A DNA stretch of 32,000 bases from an uncultured Clostridia bacterium (GCA_964453645.1 CAYVRJ010000011.1:20294-52293); one strand, 5' to 3'; shown: positions 1 through 8,519, counted from the stretch's first letter. Translations and numbers: made by a program. Notes: generated from the letters alone by a model not told the origin.

Positions 1-548
1 ATACCTGTTAGGCAATAGCAGCACAGCCCTTGCACTGCCGCCCAGTACACAATGGCAAGGGAAAAAGAATTTCCATCTTTAACGCTGCCCTCACGCTGCC
101 CTTGTTCAATAATCTGAGACAGATAGAGTATGGGTTTATTTGCATTGGTGCTGAGGGTTTTTACGATTTCCTGCTGGGGATTACTCATTCCAACCTGAAT
201 CATAAATAAGAACAACTGGGTGCCCTGGTGTTCGGGTTCTTGCAGCATACCCATCATCATTTGAGATATTTGCTCTACCTTTTCAATTGCCGATGATTCT
301 GCATTAAAAATACTTCCAATCGCTAGGGACGAACCATTTAGAGCCTTTTCCACCAGTGCTGCAATCAGTGCATCTTTTGAAACAAAGTGCTGATACAACA
401 AACCTTGGCTTATCCCCGCGTGTTTAGCGATTTGCGTTATGGTTACAGACAGCCCGTATCTTGAAAACAAGAAGATCGAGCTTCGTTCTATTTTTTCCTT
501 TGTTGTTTCCCGCATTTGAGAAAATTGCTGGTTTGTTCGTGGGGACAT
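1..548 (-). CDS. TetR/AcrR-family transcriptional regulator (C-terminus runs off the window)
   Basis: Not in the ORF track because it is open to position 1. Minus-strand translation from ATG 548-546 (RBS AAGGAGAAGG upstream) gives MSPRTNQQFSQMRETTKEKIERSSIFLFSRYGLSVTITQIAKHAGISQGLLYQHFVSKDALIAALVEK... This is the canonical TetR N-terminal HTH pattern. No stop occurs in this frame down to base 3. Confidence 0.8.
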   Translation of the reverse strand, partial: MSPRTNQQFSQMRETTKEKIERSSIFLFSRYGLSVTITQIAKHAGISQGLLYQHFVSKDALIAALVEKALNGSSLAIGSIFNAESSAIEKVEQISQMMMGMLQEPEHQGTQLFLFMIQVGMSNPQQEIVKTLSTNANKPILYLSQIIEQGQREGSVKDGNSFSLAIVYWAAVQGLCCYCLTG

Positions 549-560
549 GTTGCCTTCTCC

Positions 561-608
561 TTGAATGAACGTTTATTCAATTATAATTTAAGATTTATTT
601 AATGTCAA
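561..608 (-). promoter_or_regulatory. Promoter of the TetR gene with an abutting palindrome (candidate TetR operator)
   Basis: Minus strand: TTGACA (608-603), 17-nt spacer, TATAAT (585-580). Directly downstream lies TTGAATGAAC/GTTTATTCAA (561-580), a 20-bp palindrome with one mismatched pair, between the -10 and the RBS. Confidence 0.5.
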
Positions 609-754
609 GCACTTCACAGAATTTACATATTTATAAAAAATATAACAGGAAATAATTTGAGGACATCGTTACAGTTATGTGACAGTGTCTTATGAGCTGG
701 TTACTTTTCTCCCGAGTTTAAAAAGCAATGGCAAGAGTGCAATTAAAATAAAAC

Positions 755-919
755 CTATGCCAAGGTTGTCACTACGATAACGGCAAAAGCAAACTCCTTT
801 TTAGAAACTGTTCTCTTAAACCTTCCTGCAGTAGCAAACCGACCTGGCAACCATATAGCTTCTTCAACGTTATGAATGGATATTGCGATTACAAACAACA
901 GAAGAATGCCTGTGTCCAA
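755..919 (-). pseudogene. N-terminal remnant of an HXXEE-domain membrane protein gene
   Basis: The minus-strand frame reads (L)DTGILLLFVIAISIHNVEEAIWLPGRFATAGRFKRTVSKKEFAFAVIVVTTLA, then TAG (757-755). A hydrophobic helix followed by H-N-V-E-E is the HXXEE-family signature. From memory those proteins are ~150-170 aa, so only ~55 codons remain. There is no ATG, only a possible TTG at 919. Confidence 0.3.
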
Positions 920-937
920 TATAACCAACCTCTCTTC

Positions 938-1102
938 TTAAAAAGCCCACTGCTTTGATGTCACCAGCCTTTCGATAACTGCACATACCCTATCAGGGTC
1001 AAAGGCACGATCAAGGACATTTGGCACTAAGAGTAGTTTAAGCCTCTTTTCACGACGTACATCCTGCCTTAAAAATTGCGTATCATTCATTTTGTCCGTC
1101 AT
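938..1102 (-). CDS. Hypothetical 54-aa protein, translationally coupled to the MarR gene
   Basis: This ORF is below the track cutoff: MTDKMNDTQFLRQDVRREKRLKLLLVPNVLDRAFDPDRVCAVIERLVTSKQWAF. Its ATG (1102-1100) overlaps the MarR TGA (1101-1099) as ATGA. No family recognised. Its TAA (940-938) is in frame with the HXXEE remnant downstream. Confidence 0.3.
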   Translation of the reverse strand: MTDKMNDTQFLRQDVRREKRLKLLLVPNVLDRAFDPDRVCAVIERLVTSKQWAF

Positions 1103-1557
1103 ACGGTTTTGTCCATATTATTTTCCTTAAGTCTTCCCAATAAGTTATGCAGGGAAACTAAATCATCATCATTGTTAAAAAAGAATCGTTTGTCCACGGA
1201 TTCAACCGCCGATATTGCTTTTTTCAACAATAATGAGCCTGCTTTTGTGTTGATGATTTGATTTGCTCTCGTATCTTTAATCTGTGGAATCCTTTGGACG
1301 AATCCTTTTTTCTCCAGCAAGCGCAGGGTTGAAGATATCGTCATCGCATCAATCATAGAAAAGTCAGAAATTTTTTTCTGTGTGATTTTATCATCCGTTT
1401 CCTGCAATTCTTCAATGACAGCCAAAATAACATATTGGGTATGCGTTAAATCATATTGGCGAAGTGCTTCTTTCACAGCTCTTTGCCAAAGGGTGGACAC
1501 TTGCCAAAAGAGCAAGCCGATGCTCTCCTCGTGGGCGTTATACGCTGAATATTGCAT
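1099..1557 (-). CDS. MarR-family transcriptional regulator
   Basis: 152-aa ORF with the winged-helix MarR pattern (LTHTQYVILAVIEE...ITQKKISDFSMIDAMTISSTLRLLEKKGFVQRIPQIKDTRANQI). It starts 1 nt after the SRPBCC stop. Confidence 0.85.
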   Translation of the reverse strand: MQYSAYNAHEESIGLLFWQVSTLWQRAVKEALRQYDLTHTQYVILAVIEELQETDDKITQKKISDFSMIDAMTISSTLRLLEKKGFVQRIPQIKDTRANQIINTKAGSLLLKKAISAVESVDKRFFFNNDDDLVSLHNLLGRLKENNMDKTV

Positions 1558-1558
1558 A

Positions 1559-1957
1559 CTACTTTTGCGCCATAGAAAGCAAAACTTCCATACTTTTAGG
1601 AATATGTGCGGTTATACCTTTACCCATACCCTCCATTTGCTTTTCTTCACCGCCTTCGATCGTCACAGTGTGAACAATTGCATTATCGTTAATAAAATGC
1701 TCAAAAGTAACCCTAACTGGCCCAAGGTTTGATACTGTTCCAAATGAAGAAGCGGATTCAACATTTTCCAACACAAACGGCAATGACTGGCCATTCTTCA
1801 TGTGAATAATACCCGAGCTTCCATTTGCAAATTCTCCGTTTATGTCAACACCTTCAACTTCGCTGTCCCATTCCTTCCAGAGTGAAACATCTGAATAGTA
1901 GTTCCACACCCTTTGTTTGTCAAAATCTCCTGTTACTGTATGTTTGTAATGAAACAT
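1559..1957 (-). CDS. SRPBCC/START-like small ligand-binding protein
   Basis: 132-aa ORF. Its size and beta-rich aromatic pattern (VWNYYSDVSLWKEWDSEVEGV...) fit the SRPBCC (polyketide-cyclase-like) superfamily. A GGAGG RBS lies 7 nt upstream. It is the first gene of an operon with MarR. Confidence 0.6.
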   Translation of the reverse strand: MFHYKHTVTGDFDKQRVWNYYSDVSLWKEWDSEVEGVDINGEFANGSSGIIHMKNGQSLPFVLENVESASSFGTVSNLGPVRVTFEHFINDNAIVHTVTIEGGEEKQMEGMGKGITAHIPKSMEVLLSMAQK

Positions 1958-1969
1958 TGTTATTCCTCC

Positions 1970-2030
1970 ATATACTATGTTTGCTTATAATAAGTATACT
2001 TAGTATATTCCTTGGGTGATCTTTTGTCAA
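1970..2030 (-). promoter_or_regulatory. Promoter of the SRPBCC-MarR operon with three TATACT half-sites (candidate MarR operator)
   Basis: Minus strand: TTGACA (2030-2025), 17 nt, TATACT (2007-2002). The -10 is half of the palindrome TATACT-T-AGTATA (1995-2007). ATATACTA (1970-1977) forms an 8-bp inverted repeat with TAGTATAT (2001-2008). Confidence 0.45.
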
Positions 2031-2207
2031 CTGGGATATGTTGGATTAATTTGTTAAAAAATTCATCTGAGAGTAATCCCGTTGTGTCTTTTTATGGAAT
2101 GAGTTACCAGTAGACGAGCAGTGGATTCATCAACGCTGATGTTTTTTAAGCGGTATTATGCAGCACATATTATCTTAGCAAAATAAAACCGTTTTCTTTT
2201 GATGCGT

Positions 2208-2633
2208 TTATAATAATGACTTAAAAACCTTCTCAAACTGAATATCTTGTTCAGTCGTGCGTTTGGAGCTGCCCTTTAAGCGCCCACCGCTCATCCGGAT
2301 TTTCTTGGCCATATGCCGCTGCATCAGCAGGCCGTCGATGTTGTCGTTGTCATAGACTAACCCATTTTGGCTAATGGGCACTGCCCCCCGGGCAAGGCAC
2401 ATGGCGGCCAGACCATAATCCTGAGTAACTACAATATCGCCCTTTTGCACCATGTTTACGAGGGCAAAGTCAACGCTATCCGCACCTTTAGAAAAGGTGC
2501 ACGTCTGTACACCCTCTATTTCAAACACATGAGAGGTATCACAAAGGATGACACACGGTATGCCCTTTTGTTTTGCGATTCCAACGGCAATGTCCACCAC
2601 AGGGCAGCCATCGGCATCAATCAAAATCTGCAT
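2208..2633 (-). CDS. YaiI/YqxD-family protein (DUF188/UPF0178)
   Basis: 141-aa ORF beginning MQILIDADGCPVVDIAV..., the conserved N-terminus of this family. Size is typical. Confidence 0.85.
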   Translation of the reverse strand: MQILIDADGCPVVDIAVGIAKQKGIPCVILCDTSHVFEIEGVQTCTFSKGADSVDFALVNMVQKGDIVVTQDYGLAAMCLARGAVPISQNGLVYDNDNIDGLLMQRHMAKKIRMSGGRLKGSSKRTTEQDIQFEKVFKSLL

Positions 2634-2634
2634 A

Positions 2635-2826
2635 CTAGAATATCTCCTTCACCCTGCCAACCTGTCCATCTTCCAGCATCACTTTAATGCCATGGGGGTG
2701 GTTGGGGCTTTTTGTGAGAATCTTTGCAACAGTTCCCCTGGTTAATTTACCCGTGGATTGATCGTTTTTTAACACGATATTCACTTCACTGCCAATTTTA
2801 ATGTCACTTCTGTTTTGTCCGTTCAT
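2635..2826 (-). CDS. YwbE-family small protein (DUF2196)
   Basis: 63-aa ORF. KIGSEVNIVLKNDQSTGKLTRGTVAKILTKSPNHPHGIKVMLEDGQVGRVKEI matches my memory of the YwbE family. Its ATG overlaps the upstream TGA (ATGA). Confidence 0.75.
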   Translation of the reverse strand: MNGQNRSDIKIGSEVNIVLKNDQSTGKLTRGTVAKILTKSPNHPHGIKVMLEDGQVGRVKEIF

Positions 2827-3136
2827 TCATTCTCCAGCTCTTGTTCGTTCTTTTTTCCAATTACAATCTGCATATTGTCCTTTAAAACACTCTCAACGCC
2901 ACTAAAGCCGTTCCGAGCTAACATGGCATTTAACTCTTTTGGCCGATATATCTTCACATCACCTGATTTTAGCAACGGCCATACCAAATTAAAAAGGGCG
3001 CAAAGGGGTTGCTTCATGTTTAACTCTGCAATGTATAAGGCACCGCCACGTTTTAAAACTCTTTTCACTTCTTTTAAAAATAATTCGGGCGACTCAAAGT
3101 GATGAAAGGCTGCACAATATCCAATGTAGACGTTAT
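2823..3136 (-). pseudogene. Class I SAM-dependent methyltransferase, C-terminal fragment only
   Basis: Only the last ~100 codons of the 189-codon track ORF look like protein: ...IGYCAAFHHFESPELFLKEVKRVLKRGGALYIAELN..., the post-motif-II part of Methyltransf_11/25-type enzymes. The SAM-binding motif I (xLDxGxGxG) is absent. The upstream ~85 codons are Cys/Arg-rich out-of-frame read-through of the neighbouring small gene. The remnant has no usable start codon. Confidence 0.55.
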
Positions 3137-3292
3137 TTATATACTCTTTCGTTTGCGCCGCAAATAAACGACAGTTGCAACGATTGCAGCAACGACGAAA
3201 ACACCCAAACCGATATAGACAATCGGGTCGATGTGCACTGTTACAAATACGGCAGTGGGCCCGTCCGCACCACCTATGATGACTGTATCCAC
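3137..3292 (-). CDS. Small single-TM protein with an N-terminal IIGGADGPT motif
   Basis: AGGAGG lies 9 nt before GTG at 3292, giving 51 aa: MDTVIIGGADGPTAVFVTVHIDPIVYIGLGVFVVAAIVATVVYLRRKRKSI. That is a motif, one TM helix and a basic tail. I recall this pattern from small uncharacterised Firmicutes proteins. The track ORF (3137..3370) starts at an upstream ATG with no RBS. Confidence 0.5.
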   Translation of the reverse strand: MDTVIIGGADGPTAVFVTVHIDPIVYIGLGVFVVAAIVATVVYLRRKRKSI

Positions 3293-3534
3293 TTTTGTAT
3301 TCCTCCTGATAAAAATATACCACACCCAGCCATATAGAACAATACAATCGTAGAAAACATTCATGGTCAATTTTATCCATCTTTATCCTCACCTGACGCC
3401 ACTTCCATGGAAATATGGGTCATTCCCGTTTCAATGGATGCGTAAGGGATAATCGATATCACCTGAGCAGGATTTGTCAATGAAAAAATGGAAAAATACT
3501 TTTCTTTTGTCGTATTTTGTGATACCATACATAT

Positions 3535-4185
3535 ATGAGTAAAACAAAAGCAGAACTTACCCCCATTCCCAGCGAGGGAATCAAACTCGTGGGGTTTTTG
3601 TTGACGAATCACTTTCGAAAGCTGATGTATGTGAATTTAATATACATTGGCTTTTGTCTGCCCATTATCACCATCCCCCCGGCGAGCGCTGCGCTCACCA
3701 GAGTGATGGTGAAACTGGTGCGGGACGGAAATGTTTTTATGTGGGACGAATTCATTCAAGAATTTAAGACAGATTTTTTTAAAAGCATTTGGATGGTGCT
3801 GCTCGTCTGCTCCCTCTTGGGTTTTTCCATGACCATCACCTTTTTGCTCACAGGCTCCTTCATAACGTCCACCGGCACCGAAGGGTTTGCATGGATCAAC
3901 ATCATAGCCCTTGTTTTCATATATCTGGTTTTATGTTATGCCATGGCCGCACTGTCCATTGTGCAGCTTCGCACATCGGAAATTATTCGAAGTGCGTTTA
4001 TCCTAACCGTTATCGAGCCAAAGTGCACCCTAAAGCTGCTCCTCCTGCCCGGGCTGCTAAGAGTGCTGCTTCTGCTCCTGTTTCCCATTAGTTTGGTGCT
4101 CATGCCCTTTGGTTTGTTTTCCATTATCAGCTTATGGGAAAATACACTGGTCTACCCAAAGATTCAAAAACACATGATCAAGTGA
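3535..4185 (+). CDS. YesL-family (DUF624) membrane protein
   Basis: 216-aa ORF with 5-6 hydrophobic segments. The N-terminal pattern NLIYIGFCLPIITIPPASAALTRVMVKLVRDGN..WDEFIQEFKTDFFKS is typical of YesL proteins that accompany sugar ABC operons in Firmicutes. No obvious RBS. Confidence 0.65.
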   Translation: MSKTKAELTPIPSEGIKLVGFLLTNHFRKLMYVNLIYIGFCLPIITIPPASAALTRVMVKLVRDGNVFMWDEFIQEFKTDFFKSIWMVLLVCSLLGFSMTITFLLTGSFITSTGTEGFAWINIIALVFIYLVLCYAMAALSIVQLRTSEIIRSAFILTVIEPKCTLKLLLLPGLLRVLLLLLFPISLVLMPFGLFSIISLWENTLVYPKIQKHMIK

Positions 4186-5338
4186 ACGCACGTTCCACAT
4201 CTTCTAATAAATCGTCTGTGCCTTCAAGGCCGCAGTAGAGCCGAATTAAGTTTCGTGCCGAGTTTCTGTCGGCACAAACTTCATCGCTGTGCTTATACAT
4301 GGGCATGCAGCACAAGGATTCAAATCCCCCCCACGAAACACCTTTTTGGAATAACTTTAATTTGTTTGCAAACTGCAAGGTATCTTCCAAGGACATATCC
4401 AACTCAAAGCTAAACAAACCGCTGGCACCGCTCAACTGCTCTTTTGCAAGCTCTGCTTGGCTATAACTTTTAAGCGTTGGATAATTGACCCTTTTGACTT
4501 CCCTGCGCTTTTCCAGCATTTGCGCCACAGCCAGTGCGTTTTCCGAGGATTGTTTGAGGCGTGCGGGTAACGTGCGCATGGAGCGCAAAACTTGCCATGC
4601 CTCAAAAGCGCCGATAATACCCCCGTACAACTCCCTGCCCTCGTCCCGTATTTTGCGGACGATTTCGTCTCTGGCCATCAGCACCCCGGCGATCACATCG
4701 CTGTGCCCCCCATAGTATTTGGAAATGGTGTGGACGGACATATCGATACCCAAGGCCAAGGGTTTTTGATACACCCCTGCCGCCCAGGTGTTGTCGATGG
4801 CGGTGACGATATTCTTACTCTTTGCAAATGCAGCGATTTGCCTTAAATCTTGCAGCTCCATCACCGCAGAAGTGGGGCTTTCCAGATAGATCATCCTCGT
4901 GTTCTCTTTGGTCACCTCTTCAAATTCCGAAACATAAAGCCCCGAAACAAAGGTGCAGGTAATGCCGAATTGGGCTAGATTTTTCTCGATAAACGTCCGG
5001 GCAGGGCCGTATACGTTTTTAAGGGTGATCAGATGATCCCCCGGCTTTAAAGCGTACAGTAAAGCACTGGTTATCGCAGCCATACCCGATGCAAAACATA
5101 CGGAGTCGTCCGCTCCTTCCACCGCAGCAAGTTTCTTTTCAAGCAAGCGGATCGTTGGATTATCCACCCGACCGTAGATGTATTTCTCCCGATCGTTGTA
5201 ACAGTTGTACGACAAAAGGTCTTCAATCCTGTCGAACACGTGGAGCGTGGCAGTGGTCAAGGGGGGTGTAACCGCGTTATACACCTTTTCCTCTTCATAC
5301 AAATGTGTGCAAATATACTCTAAACTCATTTCTTTCAT
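4178..5338 (-). CDS. Cys/Met-metabolism PLP-dependent enzyme (cystathionine beta-lyase / gamma-synthase family)
   Basis: 386-aa ORF with RVDNPTIRLLE, FASGMAAI and the PLP-lysine motif DMSVHTISKYYGGHSDVIAGV. The subfamily cannot be set by eye. Confidence 0.85.
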   Translation of the reverse strand: MKEMSLEYICTHLYEEEKVYNAVTPPLTTATLHVFDRIEDLLSYNCYNDREKYIYGRVDNPTIRLLEKKLAAVEGADDSVCFASGMAAITSALLYALKPGDHLITLKNVYGPARTFIEKNLAQFGITCTFVSGLYVSEFEEVTKENTRMIYLESPTSAVMELQDLRQIAAFAKSKNIVTAIDNTWAAGVYQKPLALGIDMSVHTISKYYGGHSDVIAGVLMARDEIVRKIRDEGRELYGGIIGAFEAWQVLRSMRTLPARLKQSSENALAVAQMLEKRREVKRVNYPTLKSYSQAELAKEQLSGASGLFSFELDMSLEDTLQFANKLKLFQKGVSWGGFESLCCMPMYKHSDEVCADRNSARNLIRLYCGLEGTDDLLEDVERAFT

Positions 5339-5344
5339 ATCGTT

Positions 5345-6178
5345 TTATTCCTTTACAGCGCCTGCCACCATGCCACCGGCAATATATTTTTGAATATAGG
5401 CAAATGCCAACATAGTTGGTATGATGGATACTACAATTCCGGCACTCAATGCCCCCCAATTAATATCGTATTTCATGATAAAAGAATTAATAGCAATGGG
5501 TATGGTTTTTAATCCTTCCGAATCGATAAACATAATCGCTAAGAAAATCTCGTTCCAGCTCTGCACAAAGGCAAATAAAAAGGTGGAGGCAATACCTGTT
5601 GCCATGACGGGCAGAATGATGCGCACAATGGAGTGCAGTCTGGAACAGCCGTCGATCATAGCCGCTTCCTCCAGTGCGTTGGGTATTCGCTGGAAGAACC
5701 CCCGCAGGGTGATGGTGCAGTAGGGGATGAGCATGGTCATGTATAAGATGATGAGCACAGCTAATTTGTTGATCAGCCCCAGCATACCCATGAGCTCGTA
5801 CAGGGCGGGTAGCAGCACAAACATGGGGATCATTTGGGTGAACAAAAAGACCAGCATCAGCCCACTTCGCCCCTTAAACTTAAACCTGGCCAGGGTGTAT
5901 CCCCCGATGATAGCCAGCACCATAGCCAGTGCCGAACCCAGCAGGGAGACCACCAAACTATTGAGGAAGTATTGGCCGAAGTTGCCTATTTTAAAAATCT
6001 CCAAATAGTTTTCAAAGGTCCAAGGGCTGGGTAAATACTGCACGGGGAAGGTATAGATACTCTGCTTATCTTTAAACGAAGTGAGTAAGATCCACAGTAT
6101 GGGGAATACCACCACCAAAAAATAGCAGATCAGTGCCAGCACTCTTAGGGGTTTTCCTAGGGTGAATTTCTTTTTCAT
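5345..6178 (-). CDS. Carbohydrate ABC transporter permease (MalG-like)
   Basis: Six hydrophobic segments and the EAA loop LEEAAMIDGCSRLHSIVRIILP. I prefer ATG at 6178 (MKKKFTLGK..., GGGGA 9 nt upstream, 1 nt after the upstream stop codon) over the track TTG at 6202. Confidence 0.85.
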   Translation of the reverse strand: MKKKFTLGKPLRVLALICYFLVVVFPILWILLTSFKDKQSIYTFPVQYLPSPWTFENYLEIFKIGNFGQYFLNSLVVSLLGSALAMVLAIIGGYTLARFKFKGRSGLMLVFLFTQMIPMFVLLPALYELMGMLGLINKLAVLIILYMTMLIPYCTITLRGFFQRIPNALEEAAMIDGCSRLHSIVRIILPVMATGIASTFLFAFVQSWNEIFLAIMFIDSEGLKTIPIAINSFIMKYDINWGALSAGIVVSIIPTMLAFAYIQKYIAGGMVAGAVKE

Positions 6179-6179
6179 G

Positions 6180-7082
6180 TTAAAAGTCCCCCGATTCTTC
6201 AAACTTTGTGGCTTTTAAGTAGAAAATTGCATAAGCCAGCAAGATGACCATAATGATTAAACTCAAGGCCGATGCCACCCCGTAATCTTGGTTGAAGATT
6301 AGATAATCCAACATTTTTGTGGTTAAGATGTGGGAGGAACTGGCGGGTCCCCCGTTGGTCATGGTGTATATTAAGTCCGGGAAGTTCAATATCCATATCA
6401 CCCGCAGCAGGGTTGTGAGGATCAGCACCGGCTGAATGTAGGGCAGCGTCACCTGCCTAAACTTTTGAAGTGCAGAACAGCCGTCCATATCTGCCGCCTC
6501 GTACAGCTCGTCGGGCACAGACTTGAGTGCTGCTTGGATCATAATTGCAAAAAACGGTATGCCGTACCAGATGTTGGCTATAATGGTGGACGTCATGGAG
6601 AGGTTGATGTCCGACAGCCATCTCAGCGGCTCGGCGATCAGCCCGAGTCTTAACAATATGTCGTTAATTGCCCCCGATTGTCCGTTCATCAGCCAGCGCC
6701 AAATCAAGCCGATGAGGAACCCCGAGATAGCCCAGGGCACATAGACGATGCCTTGGTATAATCCACTTCCTTTAAACTTCTTTTTGAGCAGCAGGGCCAG
6801 GGCAAAACCCAAGGTAAATTGAAAAAACAGGGATACAAACACCCACAGTGCAGTGTTACCCAGTATGGTTGGAAACATTTCGTCGGAAATGACGGTTTTA
6901 AAATTGTCTAACCCCACAAACTGTCTGTCAAAAATATCCCACAGGGTGTATTTCTGAAAGGCCATGACAACACCCCTAGACAGGGGATAGTATATAAACG
7001 CCCCAATGGCCAGCAGCCCGGGCAGCAGTGTGAGCAGAATAAATTTCTTTTTCGATGTCAAGGAGAATTTTTTTGTATTCAT
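6180..7082 (-). CDS. Carbohydrate ABC transporter permease (MalF-like)
   Basis: 300-aa ORF with the EAA loop LYEAADMDGCSALQKFRQVTLP. GAGGAGG RBS upstream of the ATG. Confidence 0.85.
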   Translation of the reverse strand: MNTKKFSLTSKKKFILLTLLPGLLAIGAFIYYPLSRGVVMAFQKYTLWDIFDRQFVGLDNFKTVISDEMFPTILGNTALWVFVSLFFQFTLGFALALLLKKKFKGSGLYQGIVYVPWAISGFLIGLIWRWLMNGQSGAINDILLRLGLIAEPLRWLSDINLSMTSTIIANIWYGIPFFAIMIQAALKSVPDELYEAADMDGCSALQKFRQVTLPYIQPVLILTTLLRVIWILNFPDLIYTMTNGGPASSSHILTTKMLDYLIFNQDYGVASALSLIIMVILLAYAIFYLKATKFEESGDF

Positions 7083-7136
7083 AATGCCTCCTCATGCAAG
7101 CAAACATGCTGTTGTTTCGTATAACAGGGAGTGTTG

Positions 7137-7167
7137 AAAAGGGGCATGCTGTTACTATGCCCCTTTT
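7137..7167 (-). terminator. Intra-operon hairpin after the binding-protein gene (partial terminator/attenuator)
   Basis: Perfect 11-bp stem AAAAGGGGCAT / ATGCCCCTTTT with a 9-nt loop, 14 nt after the binding-protein stop. On the minus-strand RNA the stem ends in UUUUC. Confidence 0.5.
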
Positions 7168-7180
7168 CGATATCCTCGTG

Positions 7181-8482
7181 TTAGCCCGCTGTCACTCCCT
7201 TGGCCTTTTGATCCAGCCAGTATTCGTCCCAGCCCTTTAACACTTGTTCTTCCGTCATCGATCCGGTGAGCAGTTTTTGGAGATCGTCGTTAGCGCGCTT
7301 CATGTATTCGCCCCATCCCGCATACTGCTGGGGAGCTACTGCACAGATCCACTTTGTGGGATTGGCGTTCATCTCCATATAGGGAGCGTATGCACCTTCA
7401 CCAAAGAACGGGTCTTTGGATGCGGAGCTATAAATGGGCAACAATCCACTGTCCTTGCAGAAGCTTAAATTGTTTTCTTCGTTGGACAAGAACTCAATGA
7501 GTCTCCAAGATTCTTCGGGATATTTTGTATAAGAGGTCATACCCCATCCTGCATAACCCATGGGGCCGTAGGACTTGCCTGTGGGGCCTACGGGCAGGGG
7601 TGCGGTGGCCCAAGTGCCTTCCTTCATCTTCTCTTGGCAGGTTGCGATAACTTCCGGGTCTTGGATGAGCATCTGGGTTACGCCCGATACAAATCCTTCC
7701 ACCATTTCAGTGTACGACCAGTTTAAGGAATCGGGGGGAGAAGAGTCTTTGTACAGTGCCACATAATCCTTAAGGGCGGTGAGCGCTTCGGGTTTGGAGA
7801 AGATTGTGGTGCCATCCGTTAAGAAATACGCTTCGTTGGCATTGATCTCGCCGGTGGTGTACGCTTGAATCTGCATATCGGCATACCATTGGCCGCCGGC
7901 ACCACCTCTAAAGGAATACCCGTATTTACCCGATGCAGGGTCTACCAACTGTGCGCCCAAATCGTGCATCTCTTGGAATGTTGTGGGGGGTTTTAGCCCT
8001 TTTGCGTTAAAAGCATCTACGTTGTAGAAGAGAATGCGTTGATAAAAACCATAGGGAATTAAGTACGCCTTGCCGCCAATGCGGGTTAAGTCATCCTTTG
8101 CTACCTGAAGCAGTTTGTCTTTGGCTGCCCAATTGTTTACCCATTTGTCCATATCTTGGATAAATTTGTTGTTGATAAACTGGGTTGCTGTCTGTTCCCG
8201 CACTTCCAGTACGTCTAAGTCTTGCTTTTGCATGAGCATTTGAGCAATTTTGTCGTCTGCATTGGCCAGGGGAGGAGAAATCAGTTCGACTTTAATTCCG
8301 GGATTTTCTTCCTCAAACTTATCCAACAGTTTGCGAATGACCTCAGTTCTTGCGGGGCTGGTGAGACTTTCAATCATTTTGAGTTGAACTTCCCCTCCGC
8401 CCGCAGCACAACCACTGGCAAATCCCGCTGCAAGCCCTAATGCCAATACCAACACCAGAACCATTGCTACAAGTTTTTTCAT
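7181..8482 (-). CDS. ABC transporter substrate-binding lipoprotein (family-1 sugar-binding type)
   Basis: 433-aa ORF with a signal peptide and lipobox (LGLAAGFASGC), an AAGGAGG RBS, and the general composition of extracellular solute-binding family 1. Confidence 0.85.
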   Translation of the reverse strand: MKKLVAMVLVLVLALGLAAGFASGCAAGGGEVQLKMIESLTSPARTEVIRKLLDKFEEENPGIKVELISPPLANADDKIAQMLMQKQDLDVLEVREQTATQFINNKFIQDMDKWVNNWAAKDKLLQVAKDDLTRIGGKAYLIPYGFYQRILFYNVDAFNAKGLKPPTTFQEMHDLGAQLVDPASGKYGYSFRGGAGGQWYADMQIQAYTTGEINANEAYFLTDGTTIFSKPEALTALKDYVALYKDSSPPDSLNWSYTEMVEGFVSGVTQMLIQDPEVIATCQEKMKEGTWATAPLPVGPTGKSYGPMGYAGWGMTSYTKYPEESWRLIEFLSNEENNLSFCKDSGLLPIYSSASKDPFFGEGAYAPYMEMNANPTKWICAVAPQQYAGWGEYMKRANDDLQKLLTGSMTEEQVLKGWDEYWLDQKAKGVTAG

Positions 8483-8519
8483 TGTGACCTCCTTTTACTT
8501 GTTTGGGAAAACCTTCCCA

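Noticed and set aside
2106-2140. Short hairpin CATCA-acgc-TGATG followed by TTTTTT on the plus strand
   Set aside because: It has only a 5-bp AT-rich stem, and no plus-strand gene upstream that it could terminate. On the minus strand, the relevant direction after the yaiI-like gene, it lacks a U tract.
2823-3392. The 189-aa ORF as an intact methyltransferase
   Set aside because: The N-terminal 85 codons are Cys/Arg-rich nonsense overlapping a better-supported small gene in another frame, and the SAM-binding motif I is absent. Only the C-terminal fragment is kept, as a pseudogene.
3373-3612. 79-aa minus-strand ORF in the yesL upstream region
   Set aside because: It overlaps the yesL start. 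It has no RBS and no recognisable motif, including no methyltransferase motif I that would make it the missing N-terminus of the neighbouring remnant. I treat it as promoter/intergenic sequence.
8483-8519. Small hairpin TGGGAA-ggtt-TTCCCA between the GntR gene and the binding-protein gene as a terminator
   Set aside because: It has a 6-bp stem with no following U tract on the minus strand and lies 15 nt before the RBS. Most likely it is irrelevant, or at most a weak structural element, so I did not report it as a feature.
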